Shown here in pieces: positions 28,085-52,776 of a stretch of DNA of 64,000 nt. Numbering within the stretch: position 1 is the stretch's first letter; every line of letters begins with the position of its first letter. This stretch comes from the human T2T-CHM13v2.0 reference genome, Homo sapiens: assembly GCF_009914755.1 (NCBI RefSeq), contig NC_060925.1; one strand, written 5' to 3'. Both the position numbers and the translations under genes were made by a program. The notes below the pieces were generated by a model. It was not told the DNA's origin and searched no databases. It saw nothing but the letters and a program-made list of their open reading frames with translations.

Positions 28085-29097
28085 TTACAATTTGGTATGT
28101 TTTTCCAGTGGCTGGTACTGGCTTTTCCTTTCCATATTTAGTGCCTCCTTCAGTAGCTCTTATAAAGCAGACCTGGTGGTGACAAAATCTCTCAGCATTT
28201 GCTTGTCTGAAAAGGATTTTATTTCTCCTTTACTTATGAAACTTAGTTTGGCTGGATATGAAATTTTGGGCTGAAAATTCTATTCTTTAAGAATGTTGAA
28301 TATTGGCCTCACTCTCCTCTGGCTTGTAGGGTTTCTACAAATAGATCTGCTGTTAGTCTGATGGGCTTCTTTTTGTGGGTAACCTGAACTTTCTCTCTGG
28401 CTATCCTTAGTATTTTTTCTTCAACTTTGGTGATTTTGATGATTGTGTGTCTTGGGGTCGCTCTTCTCGAGGAGTATCTTGGTGGCAGTCTCTGTATTTC
28501 CTGAATTTGAATGTTAGCCTTTCTTGCCAGATTGGGAAGTTCTCCAGATGATATCCCGAAGTGTGTTTTCCAACTTGTTTCCATTCTCACTGTCACTTTC
28601 AGGTACGCCAATCAACCATGGATTTGGTCTTTTCACATAGTCTTATCTATCTTTAAGGCTTTGTTCATTCTTTTTCATTCTTTTTTCTCTAATCTTGTCT
28701 TCATGCTTTATTTCATTAAGTTGATCTTCAATCTCTGATATCCTTTCTTCTGTTTGATCGATTCAGCTATTGGTACTTTTATATGCTTCACGAAGTTCTT
28801 GTGCTGTTTTTTTCAGCTCCATCAGGTCATTTATGTTCTTCTCTAAACTGGTTATTCTAGTTGGCAATTCCTTTATCCTTTTATCAAGGCTCTTAACTTC
28901 CTTGAATTGGGTTAGAACATGCTCCTTTAGCTCAGAGGAGTTATTACCCACCTTCTGAAGCCTACTTCTGTCAATTCGTCAAACTCATTCTCAGTCCAGT
29001 TTTGTTCTCTTGCTGGTGAAGGGTTGTGATCCTTTGGGGGAGAAGAGGCGTTCTGGTTTTTGGAATTTTCAGCCTTTTTGGGCTGGTTTTTCCTCAT
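28085..29097 (-). pseudogene. L1 ORF1p remnant of copy A (frameshifted)
   Basis: Start ATGAGGAAAAACCAG at 29097; fragments such as NSSELKEHVLTQFKE and RYSSRRATPRH lie in different frames. Confidence 0.85.
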
Positions 29098-30612
29098 CTT
29101 CATGGATTTATCTACCTTTGGTCTTTGATGCTGAGGACCTTTGGATGGGGTTTTTGCATGGGTGTCCTTTTTGTTAATGTTTATGCTATTGCTTTCTGTT
29201 AGTTTTCCTTCTAACAGTCAGGCCCCTCTTCAAAAGGTCTGCTGGAGTTTGTTGGAGGTGCACTCCAGACCCAGTTTGCCTGGTTATCACCAGCAGAGGC
29301 TGCAGAACAGCAAAGATTGCTGCCTGCTCTTTCCTCTGGAAGATTCATTCCAGAGCGGCACCTGCCAGATGCCAGTCGGAGCTCTCCTGTATGATGTGTC
29401 TCTTGACCCCTGCTGGGAGGTATCTCCCAGTCAGGAGGCACGGGGGTCAGGGACTCACTTGAGGAGGCAGTCTGTCTGTTAGCAGAGCTCGATCACTGTT
29501 CTCTTCAGAGCTGGCAGGCAGGAACATTTAAATCTGCTGAAGCTGTGCACACAGCTGCCTCTTCCCCCAGGTGCTCTGTCACAGGGAGATGAGAGTTTTA
29601 TCTACAAGCCCCTGACTGGGGTTTCTGCCTTTCTTTCAGAAATGCCCTGCCCAGAGAGGAGGAATCTAGAGAGGCAGTCTGGCTACAGTGGCTTTGCAGA
29701 GCTGTGGTGGGCTCCACCCAGTGTGAACTTTCTGATGGCTTTGTTTACACTGTGAGGGGAAAACAGCCTACTCAAATGTCAGCAATGGCCCCTTCCCCCA
29801 CCAAGCTAGAGAGTCCAAGGTCAACTTCAGACTGCTGTGCTGGCAGTTAGAATTTCAAGCCAGTGGATCTTAGCTCGCTGGGCTCTGTGGGGGTGGAACC
29901 CGCTGAGCAAGACCCCTTGGCTCTCTGGCTTCAGCCTCCTTTCCAGGGGAGTGAATGGTTCTGTCTCATTGGGGTTCCAGGCACCAGCGGGGGTATGGAA
30001 AAAAAAAAACTACTGCAGCTAGCTTGGTGTCTGCTCAAACGGCCACCCAGTTTTGTGCTTGAAACCCAGGGCCCTGGTGGTGTAGGCACCCGAGTGAATC
30101 TCCTGGTCTGTGGGTTGCAAAAACTGGGGGAAAAGCATAGTATCTGGGCCAGATAGCACCTTCCCTCACGACACAGTCCCCCACAGCTTCCCTTGGCTAG
30201 TAGAGGGAGTTTCACAACCCCTTGCACTTCTCAGGTGAGGTGAAGCCCCACTCTGCTTCTGCTCGCCCTCAATGGGCTGCACCCACTGTCTAACCAGTCC
30301 CAGTGAGATGAACTGAATACTTTAGTTGGAAATGCAGAAATCACCTGCCTTCTGCATTGGTCTTCCTGGAAGCTGCAGACCAGAGCTGTTCCTATTCAGC
30401 CATCTTGCCAGAATCCCCCTATGGTCTTATTATCTTTTTGGTGTATGTGGGATCTGTAGTGATGTCCTCCCCGCTTTCACTCCTGATATTGGTAATTTGT
30501 GTTTTCTCTTTTTTCTCGGTCAATGTGGCTAAAAGATTATTCATTTTATTGATCTTTTTAGAAAACTAGTATTTGGTTTCATTGATTCAAGTTTCTCTCA
30601 TTGAATTCTGCC

Positions 30613-30912
30613 TTTTTTATTTTTTTTAGATAGAGTTTCACTCTTGTCACCCAGGCTGGAGTGCAATGGTAGGATCTCAGCTCACTGAAACTTCTGCCTC
30701 CTGGGTTCAAGCAATTCTCCTGCTTAAGCCTCCTGAGTAGCTGGGATTGATTACAGGCACCCACCACCATACCCAGCTAATTTTTGTATTTTTGTAGAGA
30801 TGGAGTTTCACCATGTTGGCCAGGCTAGTCTTAAACTCCTGACCTCAGGCGATCTACATGCCTCAGCCTCCAAAATTGCTGGGATTACAGGCCTGAGCCA
30901 CCATGTCCAGCC
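30613..30912 (-). mobile_element. AluSq/Sp-like, full length
   Basis: gagtttcactcttgt, gtgcaatgg, gacctcagg; degenerate TSD tgaattctgc/tgatatctgc. Confidence 0.93.
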
Positions 30913-30987
30913 TGATATCTGCTTTCATCTTTATGATTTTCTTTCTGTTACTTGCTTTGCGTTCAAATTGTTCTTTTTTGTGGTTTC

Positions 30988-31282
30988 CTTTTTTTTTTTT
31001 TGAGACGGAGTCATGCTCTGTCACCCAGGCTGGAGTGCAGTAGCACGATCTCGGCTCACTGCAAGCTCCACCTCCCGAGTTCACATCATTCTCTTGCCTC
31101 AGCCTCTTGAGTAGCTGGGACTACAGGCACCTGCCACCATGCTTGACTAATTTTTTGTATTTTCTAGTAAAGATGGGTTTTCACATGTTAGCTAGAATGG
31201 TCTCGATCTTCTGACCTTGTGATCCTCCTGCCTTGGCCTCCCAAAGTGCTGGGATTACAGGCATGAGCCACTGCACCTGGCC
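30988..31282 (-). mobile_element. AluY-like, full length
   Basis: gcaagctcc, gttcacatcattctc, tgttag...atggtctcgatc; TSD tgtggtttc at 30979-30987 and 31283-31291. Confidence 0.93.
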
Positions 31283-31561
31283 TGTGGTTTCTTAAAGTAG
31301 ATACTTATATGATTTAAGACCTTCTTTTTCTATATAAATATTTAATTTTTTTAAATTATTATACTTTAAGTTTTAGGGTACATGTGCACAATGTGCAGGT
31401 TTGTTACATATGTATACATTTGCCGTGTTGGTGTGCTACACCGATTAACTCATCATTTAACATTAGGTATATCTCCTAAGGCTATCCCTCCCCCTCCCCC
31501 CACCCCACAACAGGCCCTGGTGTGTGATGTTCCCCTTCCTGTGTCCATGTGTTCTCATTGT

Positions 31562-35381
<3,820 letters not shown>

Positions 35382-35443
35382 TATGATGTTAGCTGGTTAT
35401 TTTGCTCATTAGTTGATGCAGTTTCTTCATACCTCGATGGTCT

Positions 35444-36453
35444 TTACAATTTGGCATGTTTTTGCAGTGGCTGGTACCGGTTGTTCCTTTCCATGTTTAG
35501 TGCTTCCTTCAGGAGCTCTTGTAGGGCACGTGTGGTGGTGACAAAATCTCTCAGCATTAGCTTGTCTGCAAAGTATTTTATTTCTCCTTCACTTTTGAAG
35601 CTTAGTTTGGCTGGATATGAAATTCTGGGTTGAAAATTCTTATCTTTAAGAATGTTGAATATTGGCCCCCACTCTCTTCTGGCTTGTAGAGTTTCTGCTG
35701 AGATATCAGCTGTTAGTCTGATGGGCTTCCCTCTGTGGGTAACCCGACCTTTCTCTCTGGCTGCCCTTAACATTTTTTCCTTCATTTCAACTTTGGTGAA
35801 TCTGACAATTATGTGTCTTGGAGTTGCTCTTCTTGAGGAGTATCTTTGTAGCGTTTTCTGTATTTCCTGAATTTGAATGTTGGCCTGCCTCACTAGATTG
35901 GGGAAGTTCTCCTGGATAACATCCTGCAGAGTGTTTTCCAACTTAGTTCCATTCTCCCCGTCACTTTCAGGTACACCAATCAGATGTAGATTTGGTCTTT
36001 TCACATAGTCCCATATTTCCTGGAGGCTTCGTTCATTTCTTTTTATTATTTTTTCTCTAATCTTCTCACTTCATTTCATTCATTTGATCTTCCATCACTG
36101 ATACCCTTTCTTCCAGTTGATCAAATCGGCTATGACACTTGTGCATTCATCACGTAGTTCTCGTGCCATGGTTTTCAGCTCCATCAGGTCCTTTAAGGAC
36201 TTCTGTGCATTGGTTATTCTAGTTAGCCATTCATCTAATCTTTTTTCAAGGTTTTTAACTTCTTTGCCATTGGTTGGAACTTCCTCCTTTAGCTCGGAGA
36301 AGTTTGATCATCTGAAGCCTTCTTCTTCAACTTGTGAAAGTCATTCTCCATCCAGCTTTGTTCCATTGCTGGTGAGGAGCTGTGTTCCTTTGGAGGAGGA
36401 CAGGTGCTCTAATTTTTAGAATTTTCAGTTTTTCTGCTCTGTTTCTTCCCCAT
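35444..36453 (-). pseudogene. L1 ORF1p remnant of copy C
   Basis: C-terminal 186 aa open (KRPNLHLIGVPESDGENG...YQPLQKHAKL); N-terminal half disrupted. Confidence 0.9.
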
Positions 36454-37456
36454 CTTTGTGGTTTTATCTACCTTTGGTCTTTGATGATGGTGATGTACAG
36501 ATGGGGTTTTGGTGTGGACATCCTTTCTGTTTGTTAGTTTTCCTTATAATAGTCAGGACCCTCAGCTGCAGGTCTGTTGGAGTTTTTTGGAAGTCCACTC
36601 CACACCCTGTTTGCCTGGGTATCAGCAGTGGAGGCTGTAGAACAGCGAATATTGGTGAACAGCAAATGTTGCTGCCTGATCGTTCCTCTGGAACTTTTGT
36701 CTCAGAGGGGTACCCGGCCATGTGAGGTGTCAGTCTGCCCCTACTGGGGGGTGCCTCCCAGTTAGGCACTCGGGGGTCAGGGACCCACTTGAGGAGGCAG
36801 TCTGTCCATTCTCAGATCTCAAGCTGCATGCTGGGAGAACCACTAGTGTCTTCCAAACTATCAGACAGGGAAATTTAAGTCTGCAGAGGTTTCTGCTGCC
36901 TTTTGTTTGGCTATGCCCTGCCCCCAGAGGTGGAATCTACAGAGGCAGGCAGGCCTCCTTGAGCTGCGATGGGCTCCACCCAGTTCGAGCTTTCTGGCTG
37001 CTTTGTTTACATGCTTAAGCCTCAGCAATGGCGGGCACCCCTCCCCCCAGCCTCGCTGCCACCTTGCAGTTTGATCTCAGACTATTCTGCTAGCAATGAG
37101 TGAGGCTCTGTGGGCGTAGAACCCTCTGGAGCCAAGCGTGGGATATACTCTCCTTGCTGTTTGCTAAGACTGTTGGTAAAGCGCAGTGTTAGGGTGGGAG
37201 TCACCTGATTTTCCAGGTGCCATCTGTCACACCTTTCCTTGGCTAGGAAAGGGAATTCCCTGACCCCTTGCACTTCCTGACTGAGGCAATGCCTCGCCCT
37301 GCTTCAGCTTACACTCAGTGGGCTGCACCCACTGTCCTGCACCCACTGTCCAACAATCCCCAGTGAGATGAACCCAGTACCTCAGTTGGAAATGCAGAAA
37401 TCATCCATCTTCTGCATCGCTCACGCTGGGAGCTGTAGACTGGAGCTGTTCCTATT

Positions 37457-37466
37457 CGGCCATCTT
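37457..37466 (-). promoter_or_regulatory. L1 5'UTR YY1 site (AAGATGGCCG) of copy C; also intact in D (49935-49944), one mismatch in A (30397-30406)
   Basis: cggccatctt just inside the L1 5' end. Confidence 0.75.
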
Positions 37467-40400
37467 GGAACTGCCCCCCATAAATATTTAATGCTTTAAA
37501 TTCCACTTTGAGCACTGCTCTAGACACATCCCACACATTGTGATGTGTTGTTTTCTCTTACTGTTTTCGCTTTCATCATTGCTACCCAGTTACACAATTG
37601 CTGGGTAAAAGGGGCAGTACACTCAAGTCAAAGATGAATGACAATAAAGAGCAAATATCCAAAAGGCTTCCCCAATTGTTTACTGGTTGTTCATCAGGTT
37701 TTGACTTCCCAACCCAATCTGGATGCTAATGTCTACTTTTCAGAGCCCTTGTGTGGTTGTTTTTCTATTGTGTTCTAGAGTTTTTTATTGTAATCAGTGG
37801 GACAGATGAACTGTGGTAGGCTTACTGCATCTTGGCCAGCACCTGAAATCCTATTTAGTTCTGAGATTCCATCAGAGACCTACTGAAGAGTTGTGTGTTG
37901 AAAGATAGCACTCATCCTGATGAGTTAAACAGTTAAAGGTTTGGTTTACCTGTCCCTATAGCCACCACCTGAGATAAGGGACAAAAATGAGACTCAGAAT
38001 ATGCCTTCTGTTCCTAAAGGAAAGCACCTGCCACTCATGCTTTCCAAGGGAATAGAAATTCCCTGACCACTTTAGATTAGAATAATCAAAAGCTGAACTC
38101 TGCTCTGTAGAGATCACATTTGAGAAGCTTTGCCCAGTGAAGACAGAAGAGTAAGAAGTTCTTCTGAGCAAACACTGTACACCTATAGATATCCTATTCC
38201 CAGTGAGAGCTCTTCTTTTTATTCATTCTTTCATTCTTCTTTCCCTCTTTCTCTCCCCTTGTCCCTCTAAATCACTAATTGCTTAACAGTAGTGTCAACA
38301 TTTTTAATTGTATGTTATCTATAATTACAAATAATTTTGAGCCATCATCTCATACATACATAAACACACATGTGTGATTTATAAAGTCATAGCAAACCCA
38401 TCTATAATACTTACTTATGTGCTAGTCAGTTTTCTACGCACTTTACTTAATTAGCTACTGTAAATCTACCAAATAAATATGAATAAAGCTTAATTTTATT
38501 ATTTTTTTAAGGTAAAAACTACATATCAAGAGAGTTGTAATTTCTCAACCCAAAAGAGGAAGTCATCTTCTCCTTTCCTTTTCCTGAAACCGACATCGCC
38601 ATCTTCCTTCCCAGTGTGGCACTAGAGGGATGGGTGGCTTCTCCCATCACACACTACATCTTCTTTTCCCCTCTTTCTTCCTGCCAACACCTATCAGCTC
38701 TCACCAGCCTCCCCAGTTCCAAGCTGTTCCTTGCAATCCACTAATGAAATTCCTGTTTCTTTTGTAATTGTATTTCAGCATGGTTCATGCTCTGATACCA
38801 ACCTTAAATCAAATTCTTTGCAGAGAGACTATCACAGGGTGACAAGCTCCTTTCTGCATGTCTCATTACTGAAACATTTATTCAGAGCTTCCTGAATGAT
38901 ATGAATGGCTGCCTTTGAGTGCTGCAATGACTTAATACACTATAACTAAAGGATTTTAATTTCCTCTCCTGGTCTCCTCACTTTGGTTCTTGCCTAAGTT
39001 TCCCTCTTATTTTGGATGCACAGCTGTGGTGCGGGGTGGGTGGGACCACACTTGAGCCTACAGCCCTGAGAGGGCCTATTCAAGCTCTGGATCCTGGGGC
39101 ATAGTTCATTGAAGGAGCCTTCAACTCTAGGCCTGTGTGGTTTGCCCAGATTTTGGCCAGCTGGTTTTCCCATTACAGCACCTGTTCTCTCCAAGGGGGG
39201 CTAGATTCTAAATGAAGAAGAAAGCTCTTAGAAAGGGGAGTACAGGATGGTAGCTACAATCTTTCTGGTAGCCTTAGCAAGGGGCCCATATCCAGGACAT
39301 TTTCTGAATTTTTGTTCACCAGTTAAGAATGATGCTGGTCTCATGAGGGATTGTCAACATGAAAACCACCATGAAGAGGTAAGAATGGTTTGGGGATGAC
39401 ATGAGAAATACAGAAGTCTGGATAGAGACTTACAGGTTTTTATAAAGGGGGTCAATTGTCACTTGGGAGATAAGCATAACAGGATGCTGGAAGATATTTT
39501 TCCTTTTCATTCTAGAATTAGCAACTGGGATTCAAAGAAGATGATAAGGGAGATCTAGTGTCACATATTCTAAAAATAGCAAAAAAATTAGAACCAGACA
39601 CCTCTTAGGGCTTAATAAGAGGTAAAATATCCTTGCTTAAACGTTACATGTTTATTGAACAGTTTGAATTCAATGACATGTAAACATCAAAGAAATATTT
39701 TCTCTGTTAATCTCCCTTTCCTTCTCTTTGTTGACATCTCAGGCAAATTCCACAGTTTTCCACTCATTTCTAGTTATTAAAAAGTCCAAGCCAGTACAAT
39801 TTAAGATGTCCATCTCATCTCCTTCCGTCTTCCCATCTCAGGTTTGACTAGTGGCCTCAATAACCTATAGAGGGAACAACCTTTTTCTCTCTTCCTACCC
39901 TCCTAGTTCTAGCTTACTTGGAATTGGGGATTAAGAAGTAGAAATAGGAGAGAGGGCAGGGGTCATCATAGGTAGTGGCCCCTGTACATGGAATAACCTT
40001 GAAGGTGGTAAGTTTATGGACAGCCTGAGCCACAAGAGATATTCACAATTTAATTGGATATCAATTAATTAACTCATTTGACTGGCTCTTACAGATGTAA
40101 GAGTTTTGTGGCCTAAGAGATAGGAGGAATGAGGCAGGAGTGTATATAAATAATTTAACCCAGTTATAGGATGCCAAATAAATGCAAAATCCAGTCATGT
40201 GAAGAAATGGCTAGGTCAGGCATTTGGACTTCCATGAGTGGACTGGGACCTGAATGGTGTGGGCTTGGTGGGCTACATGTCCTTGCTCCTCTCTGATCAT
40301 GATTCAAATTCAACAATTGAGAAGATATCCTTCAAAGCTATTGGATGACCTAGTTGTTTTATTAGTGAGGAAGTACTTTTTAGCCCAAATATGATTTAGA

Positions 40401-40579
40401 ATTAGGTATACAGATATTTATGAACATTAAACTCATAGTATAATTTTTTTAATAAGGAATCCCTTCAAATTTTTATCTTAGGTGTTTGCATTGTTTAGGA
40501 GAATTGGGCATATTAGAGTAGCAGGTAAATCTTGTGACTCTAATTCAAAATTGTTGAGTATTTGGTTTGAGCTTTTGAC

Positions 40580-40955
40580 TTTAAGTAGAATTCTTACTAA
40601 ATGTATATATTTGCATTAGCACACTTAAGAAGTCTTAAGTTTTACCTTATTTATAAGTTTAATTTATTAGATTTATAAGAGTTATTCAAGCATTTAGGAA
40701 GGCCTTTTTGCTAAGTCAGACAACTGGGGAACTTAAAAGGGAAATTAAATATATTTAATAATTTACTGCAACAAAATATTTAAAGGAGTTGAACTAAATT
40801 TGTAAATTAGACTAAATGTTAATCAACGACCTCATAAAAGGCAAATTTTAATGATTGCTAGAACTATAAATGGCATAATAAGATCTGTAGGCTGAATTTA
40901 AAAGCTTCAGAAAGAACTAGATTTTTTGATAAATGGAATATTAATTTCAAAATTA
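40580..40955 (+). mobile_element. Highly decayed CR1/L3 reverse-transcriptase fossil (tentative)
   Basis: Collinear decayed equivalents of FNIFINDL (ttaaatatatttaataatttactg), KFADDTKL (aaatttgtaaattagactaaa) and LQxDLD (cttcagaaagaactagat = LQKELD). Confidence 0.45.
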
Positions 40956-42361
40956 AAGTAATCTCTGAATAATCCTTTCTGTGCACCCAATCTGTCCTTG
41001 GGAGCCACCTGTCAGGGTTCTCTTTTGGCTGCTGCTCCTCCTTAGCTCACACTCACAGTTCCAAAAGTCCTCTGTATGGCAGGCCTCTGAATGCAGTACT
41101 TTGGGGACCCTGGGTGGGAGTAGGGATAGATGAAGGGGCTCCCCACTCCTTTGCTCTCCAACATAGGACTGCCACCTCTGACTTGATCTCTTCCAAAAAC
41201 TTCCTGCAACTTCTGGTAGTTGGGGTTGCTCCCCCTGCAGCCCAGCCCTCTCAGTTGGGGTGAGAGCAAGGTGCCTCCCATTTTGCTCCTTCTGTAGTGT
41301 CTGTATAGCCCACAGGAAATTCATGCACCCTTGCTGTGATCAATGGTGGGAGCACAAAGTGTTCCACCACCACCTTGCCCTACCTTCATCTTCATTAGTC
41401 TCTTCTTCTCAAATAGAAGGGGTACACCAGCAAGTCTTCCACTTGAGCAGACATACAATTTGGGAATGAGATATCACTCCACCCTTCCCACAGTTACCTG
41501 AGATTTCAACAAGTAATTTTCTTGGGGCTTCTTAATTTAGTTTGGTGATAGGGAAAATGTCTCACAAGCTTATGACTTGTGGTTTCAATGATTCCCTCAA
41601 TCTCTGTCTATAATCCTCCAGGTTTTAAAATAACTAGAGTGGGTGGGTTGGGTGCTGAATTGTTGGTTTGTGTTAGCAAACAGTTTTGGCTCTCTCTTAG
41701 TCTGAGAAAGGTATCTAGCCATTGCTGGAGGCCATTTTACAATGCACCTTTTTTTGTCTACACTCTCGAGATCTGGTTGCCAATTCCTTGAGCAGCATGA
41801 AACATCCCCATTAGTATCCTATAACTGAGTTCACATCCTCAGCTCTTATCTTCAATCAGTATTATAGGCAGGAGAATGAGATGACATGTGAGGTCCAATT
41901 CTGATCTTTCCAAGGACTGCTGATTTGTTTCTTGAAAACCTAGAGTGTTTCCATTAAATAAAATCATAGATATCACTGACCACCTAATTAGACCACACAG
42001 GCTTTGGGGGCTCATGGATGGCCACATCTACTGTTTGAACTCTGAAAGGAGATTTGCTTGCCGGATATACTCAGGTACAAACAGCAAGACTTCTTTGTGA
42101 AGCATTCCTGGAATTGCCTACCACTCCGAAGAAACAGTTTAAACCTGCTGTTGTTTCTGAACAACATTCTGTTGTTTTTACCAGTCCTCGCCTGAGTTCA
42201 GAGTGACAGCAGGATATCTGTGTGATGATGTTATGCACAGGGATTCTGAGAAAGCTGCTTTCTTTTTATTTCAGATTCTGTTTGTACCTTCTAAGGGCAA
42301 TGACTTTAGTACGCTTCCCACCCTCTTCTCCCTCCAAGACAATTAGGTATTACTGGGAATG

Positions 42362-43422
42362 AAAACAGCAACTAATAACAAATATATTTATTGAGCACTT
42401 AGTGCTAGTGTTATAAGTGCTTTGCATGTGTTAACTCATTCAGTTCTCACAACCAGTCCATGAGGTAGGTACTATTGATATGGGAGGTGGGCACGGAAGT
42501 GCTGAGCAGAGAAGGGCAGGTCCCTGGCTGGGGCTCCACTCCCAGACCTGTGCCCACGGTCCTAGGTGAGGACAGGCATTTCTGTTTTCCCTGATCAAAT
42601 GTTGCATTTCCCAAGACCACACTAATCCACCATGCCCCCATCCCGTGCCTATAAAAACCCCAAGACCCTAGCAGGCACACACACACACACAGGGCTGGAC
42701 GTTGAGAGGAACACACAAGCAGAAGAAGACACAAGTGGCTGGATGTCTAGAGGAATGCACCAGCATAAGAGCATGCTGACAGACGCCAGCAAGCTGGCAG
42801 GCCATGGACAGATGAAACAGTGTAGAGTTTGGCGGGGGCAGTCAGAAGAGAGCCTGGCCTCTCAGCAGCCTGACTCCAGAGGAAAACCACCCTCCCACTC
42901 CATCCCCTTCTGGCTCCCCCATCTGCTGAGAGCTATTTCCACTCAATAAAACCTTGCACTCATTCTCCAAGCCCATGTGTGATCTGATTCTTCCAGTACA
43001 CCAAGGCAAGAAACCCCAGGATACAGAAAGCCCTCTGTCCTAGCAATAAGGCAGGCAGTGTAATAGAGCTGACTAACACAAGCCACCTATGTATGGCTAA
43101 ACTGAATGAGTGCCCTGTAACACACACGCACTGGGGGCTTCAGGAGCTATAAACATTCACCCCTAGACACTGCCATGGAGTTGGAACCCCACAGCCTGCC
43201 AGTCTGCATGCTCCCTCTAGGGATATGAGCAGCCGGGCACCGAAGAAGTGAGCTACACTCCCATTGGATGCCCTGTGTGGGAGATAAAGGAACTTTTCCT
43301 GATTCACTGTTATTATTCCTATTTTGTGGATGAAGAAACTGAGGCACAGAGAGAGTAATTTGGCTAAGTTCTCACAGCCGGTAAGTGGAAAAGCCAGAAC
43401 TAGAATCCAAGCACTCTGACTC
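42362..43422 (-). mobile_element. MIR split by the LTR at 42476-43306
   Basis: atttattgagcactt...ttaactcattcagttctcacaac...tgaggtaggtactat | tattattcctattttgtggatgaagaaactgaggcacagagag. Confidence 0.85.
42476..43306 (+). mobile_element. Solo ERV1 LTR, MER52/LTR27/LTR28 group
   Basis: TGATATGGGAGG...TTCA ends; 4-bp TSD ctat/ctgt; TATA box tataaaaa 42650-42657; AATAAA 42945-42950. Confidence 0.88.
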
Positions 43423-43500
43423 TACTGTATCACCTACATCCAGCAGTCTGCCTACCTTGTCAATATACTATATCCAAGTTTCAGACATAATTGGCCTTTT

Positions 43501-49957
<6,457 letters not shown>

Positions 49958-50396
49958 TAACTAGCCTTTTTTTTTTTTTAAGCTAGGGTGTCTACAGGAG
50001 AATCTGCTTGGCCTAAATATCTTCAAAAAGCCCGTATGGATCAACTGAAATTTATCAATAAGAATAAAACAAGTCTTCCTCATTTTATAATCATAGTGTT
50101 TGTATGATATAAAAAAAATTCCTCCAAATGCACTGAAAATGTGATTTAATTCACCATAATCTTATTGGCCCACAACTTTTCCAGGAAGGGTCTCTTAGAC
50201 AGAAGTTCTGTCTCTTTCCACAGAATGAGAAAACTCTGGGGTAAGGTCCCACAGCAAGTTGCTATTGGAACAAGAGGGGAATAAAGTTTAGAGACAATCC
50301 AAGTTCAATTAATTGTGGGTGCATTTAAGAAATTTCAGCCAATCATGTAAGACAGGAGAGAATACATTTAATGTTTTGGTAAAGAAAAAAATTTCA

Positions 50397-50704
<308 letters not shown>

Positions 50705-50749
50705 CAGAACATTGTGTTGTCCAGTTCTTCCAAAATTCTTCCTTTTAAA

Positions 50750-52395
50750 GAACATTCCATGCTCATGGATAGGAAGAATCAATATCGTGAAAATGGCCAT
50801 ACTGCCAAAGGTAATTTATAGATTCAATGCCATCCCCATCAAGCTGCCAATGACTTTCTTCACAGAATTGGAAAAAAATACTATAAAGTTCATATGGAAC
50901 CAAAAAAGAGCCCACATTGCCAAGACAACCCTAAGCCAAAAGAATGAAGCTGGAGGCATCATGTTACCTGACTTCAAACTACACTACAAGGCTGCAGTAA
51001 CGAAAACAGCATGGTACTGGCACCAAAACAGAGATATAGACCAATGGAACAGAGCAGAGCCCTCAGAAATAATACCACATATCTACAACCATCTGATCTT
51101 TGACAAACATGACAAAAACAAGAAACAGGGAAAGGATTCCCTATTTAATAAATGGTGCTGGGAAAACTGGCTAGCCATATGTAGAAAGCTGAAACTGGAT
51201 CCCTTCCTTACACCTTATAGAAAAATTAATTCAAGATGGATTAAAGACTTAAATGTTAGACCTAAAACCATAAAAACCCTAGAAGAAAACCTAGGCAATA
51301 CCATTCAGGACATAGGCATGGGCAAGGACTTCATGACTAAAACACCAAAAGCAATGGCAACAAAAGCCAAAATTGACAAATGGGATCTAATTAAACTAAA
51401 GAGCTTCTGCACATCAAAAGAAATTACCATCAGGGTGAACAGGCAACCTACAGAATGGGAGAAAATTTTTACAATCTACCCATCTGACAAAGGGCTAATA
51501 TCCAGAATCTACAAGAACTTAAACAAATTTACAAGAAAAAATCAAACAACCCCATCAACAAGTGGGCAAAGGATATGAACAGACATTTCTCAAAAGAAGA
51601 CATTTATGCAGCCAACAGACACATGAAAAAATGCTCATCATCACTGGTGATCAGAGAAATGCAAATCAAAACCACAATGAGATACCATCTCACACCAGTT
51701 AGAATGGCAATCATTAAAAAGTCAGGAAACAACAGGTGCTGGAGAGGATGTGGAGAAATAGGAACACTTCTTCACTGTTTGTGGGACTGTAAACTAGTTC
51801 AACCATCATGGAAGACAGTGTGGCGATTCCTCAAGGATCTAGAACTAGAAATGCCATTTGACCCAGCCATCCCATTACTGGGCATATACCCAAAGGATTA
51901 TAAATCATGCAGCTATAAAGACACATGCACACGTATATTTATTGTGGCACTATTCACAATAGCAAAGACTTGGAACCAACCCAAATGTCCAACAATGATA
52001 GACTGGATTAAGAAAATGTGGCACATATACACCATGAAATACTATGCAGCCATAAAAAATGATGAGTTCATGTCCTTTGTAGGGACATGGATGAAGCTAG
52101 AAACCATCATTCTGAGCAAACTATCACAAGGACAGAAAACCAAGCACTGCATGTTCTCACTCATAGGTGGGAACTCAACAATAAGAACACTTGGACACAG
52201 GGTGGGGAACATCACACACCAAGGCCTGTTGTGGGGTGGGGGGAGGGGGAGGGATAGCATTAGGAGACATACCTAATGTAAGTGACGAGTTAACAGGTGC
52301 AGCACACCAACATGGCACATGTATACATATGTAACAAATCTGTACGTTGTGCACATGTACCCTAGAACTTAAAGTATAAAAAAAAAACAGGAAAA
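50750..52395 (+). mobile_element. 5'-truncated L1PA5-like element (copy E)
   Basis: ORF2 C-terminus in two frames ([14 protein letters not shown]...; ...MFSLIGGN), 3'UTR and poly-A; 18-bp TSD aaaattcttccttttaaa at 50732-50749 and 52396-52413. Confidence 0.96.
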
Positions 52396-52611
52396 AAAAT
52401 TCTTCCTTTTAAAAATATTACATGTACATTAGCTCAGAGTTTTGTGAAATTATTTAGTTCAAATGCAATGCCAAGTCATTGGACCTAGTTTGTCACGTTT
52501 CACTTGGGTACTTTCAGCATTATTTTGGAATAGGAGTTAAACAAATGTGGCCAACAGCTTGTTGGAATCCAAGAAAGATTTTATCAGTTGTGTTTAGAAG
52601 CATGGCAGTCA

Positions 52612-52776
<165 letters not shown>

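Noticed and set aside
37028-37250. Intact L1 ORF0 in copy C
   Set aside because: The start ATGGCGGGC is present, but an extra C in ctccccccag frameshifts it within a few codons.
37895-37935. Hammerhead ribozyme core (gaaa...ctgatgag); also ctgatga near 3994
   Set aside because: The required stems and the UH/GAAA arrangement cannot be formed.
38540-38615. - strand AAGATGGCG start resembling a processed-pseudogene 5' end
   Set aside because: The short peptide (MAMSVSGKGKEKM...) is not recognisable, and there is no poly-A or TSD.
42275-42346. 72-nt candidate exon after tctttttatttcag; similar weak case at 6371
   Set aside because: Weak donor site and no recognisable peptide.
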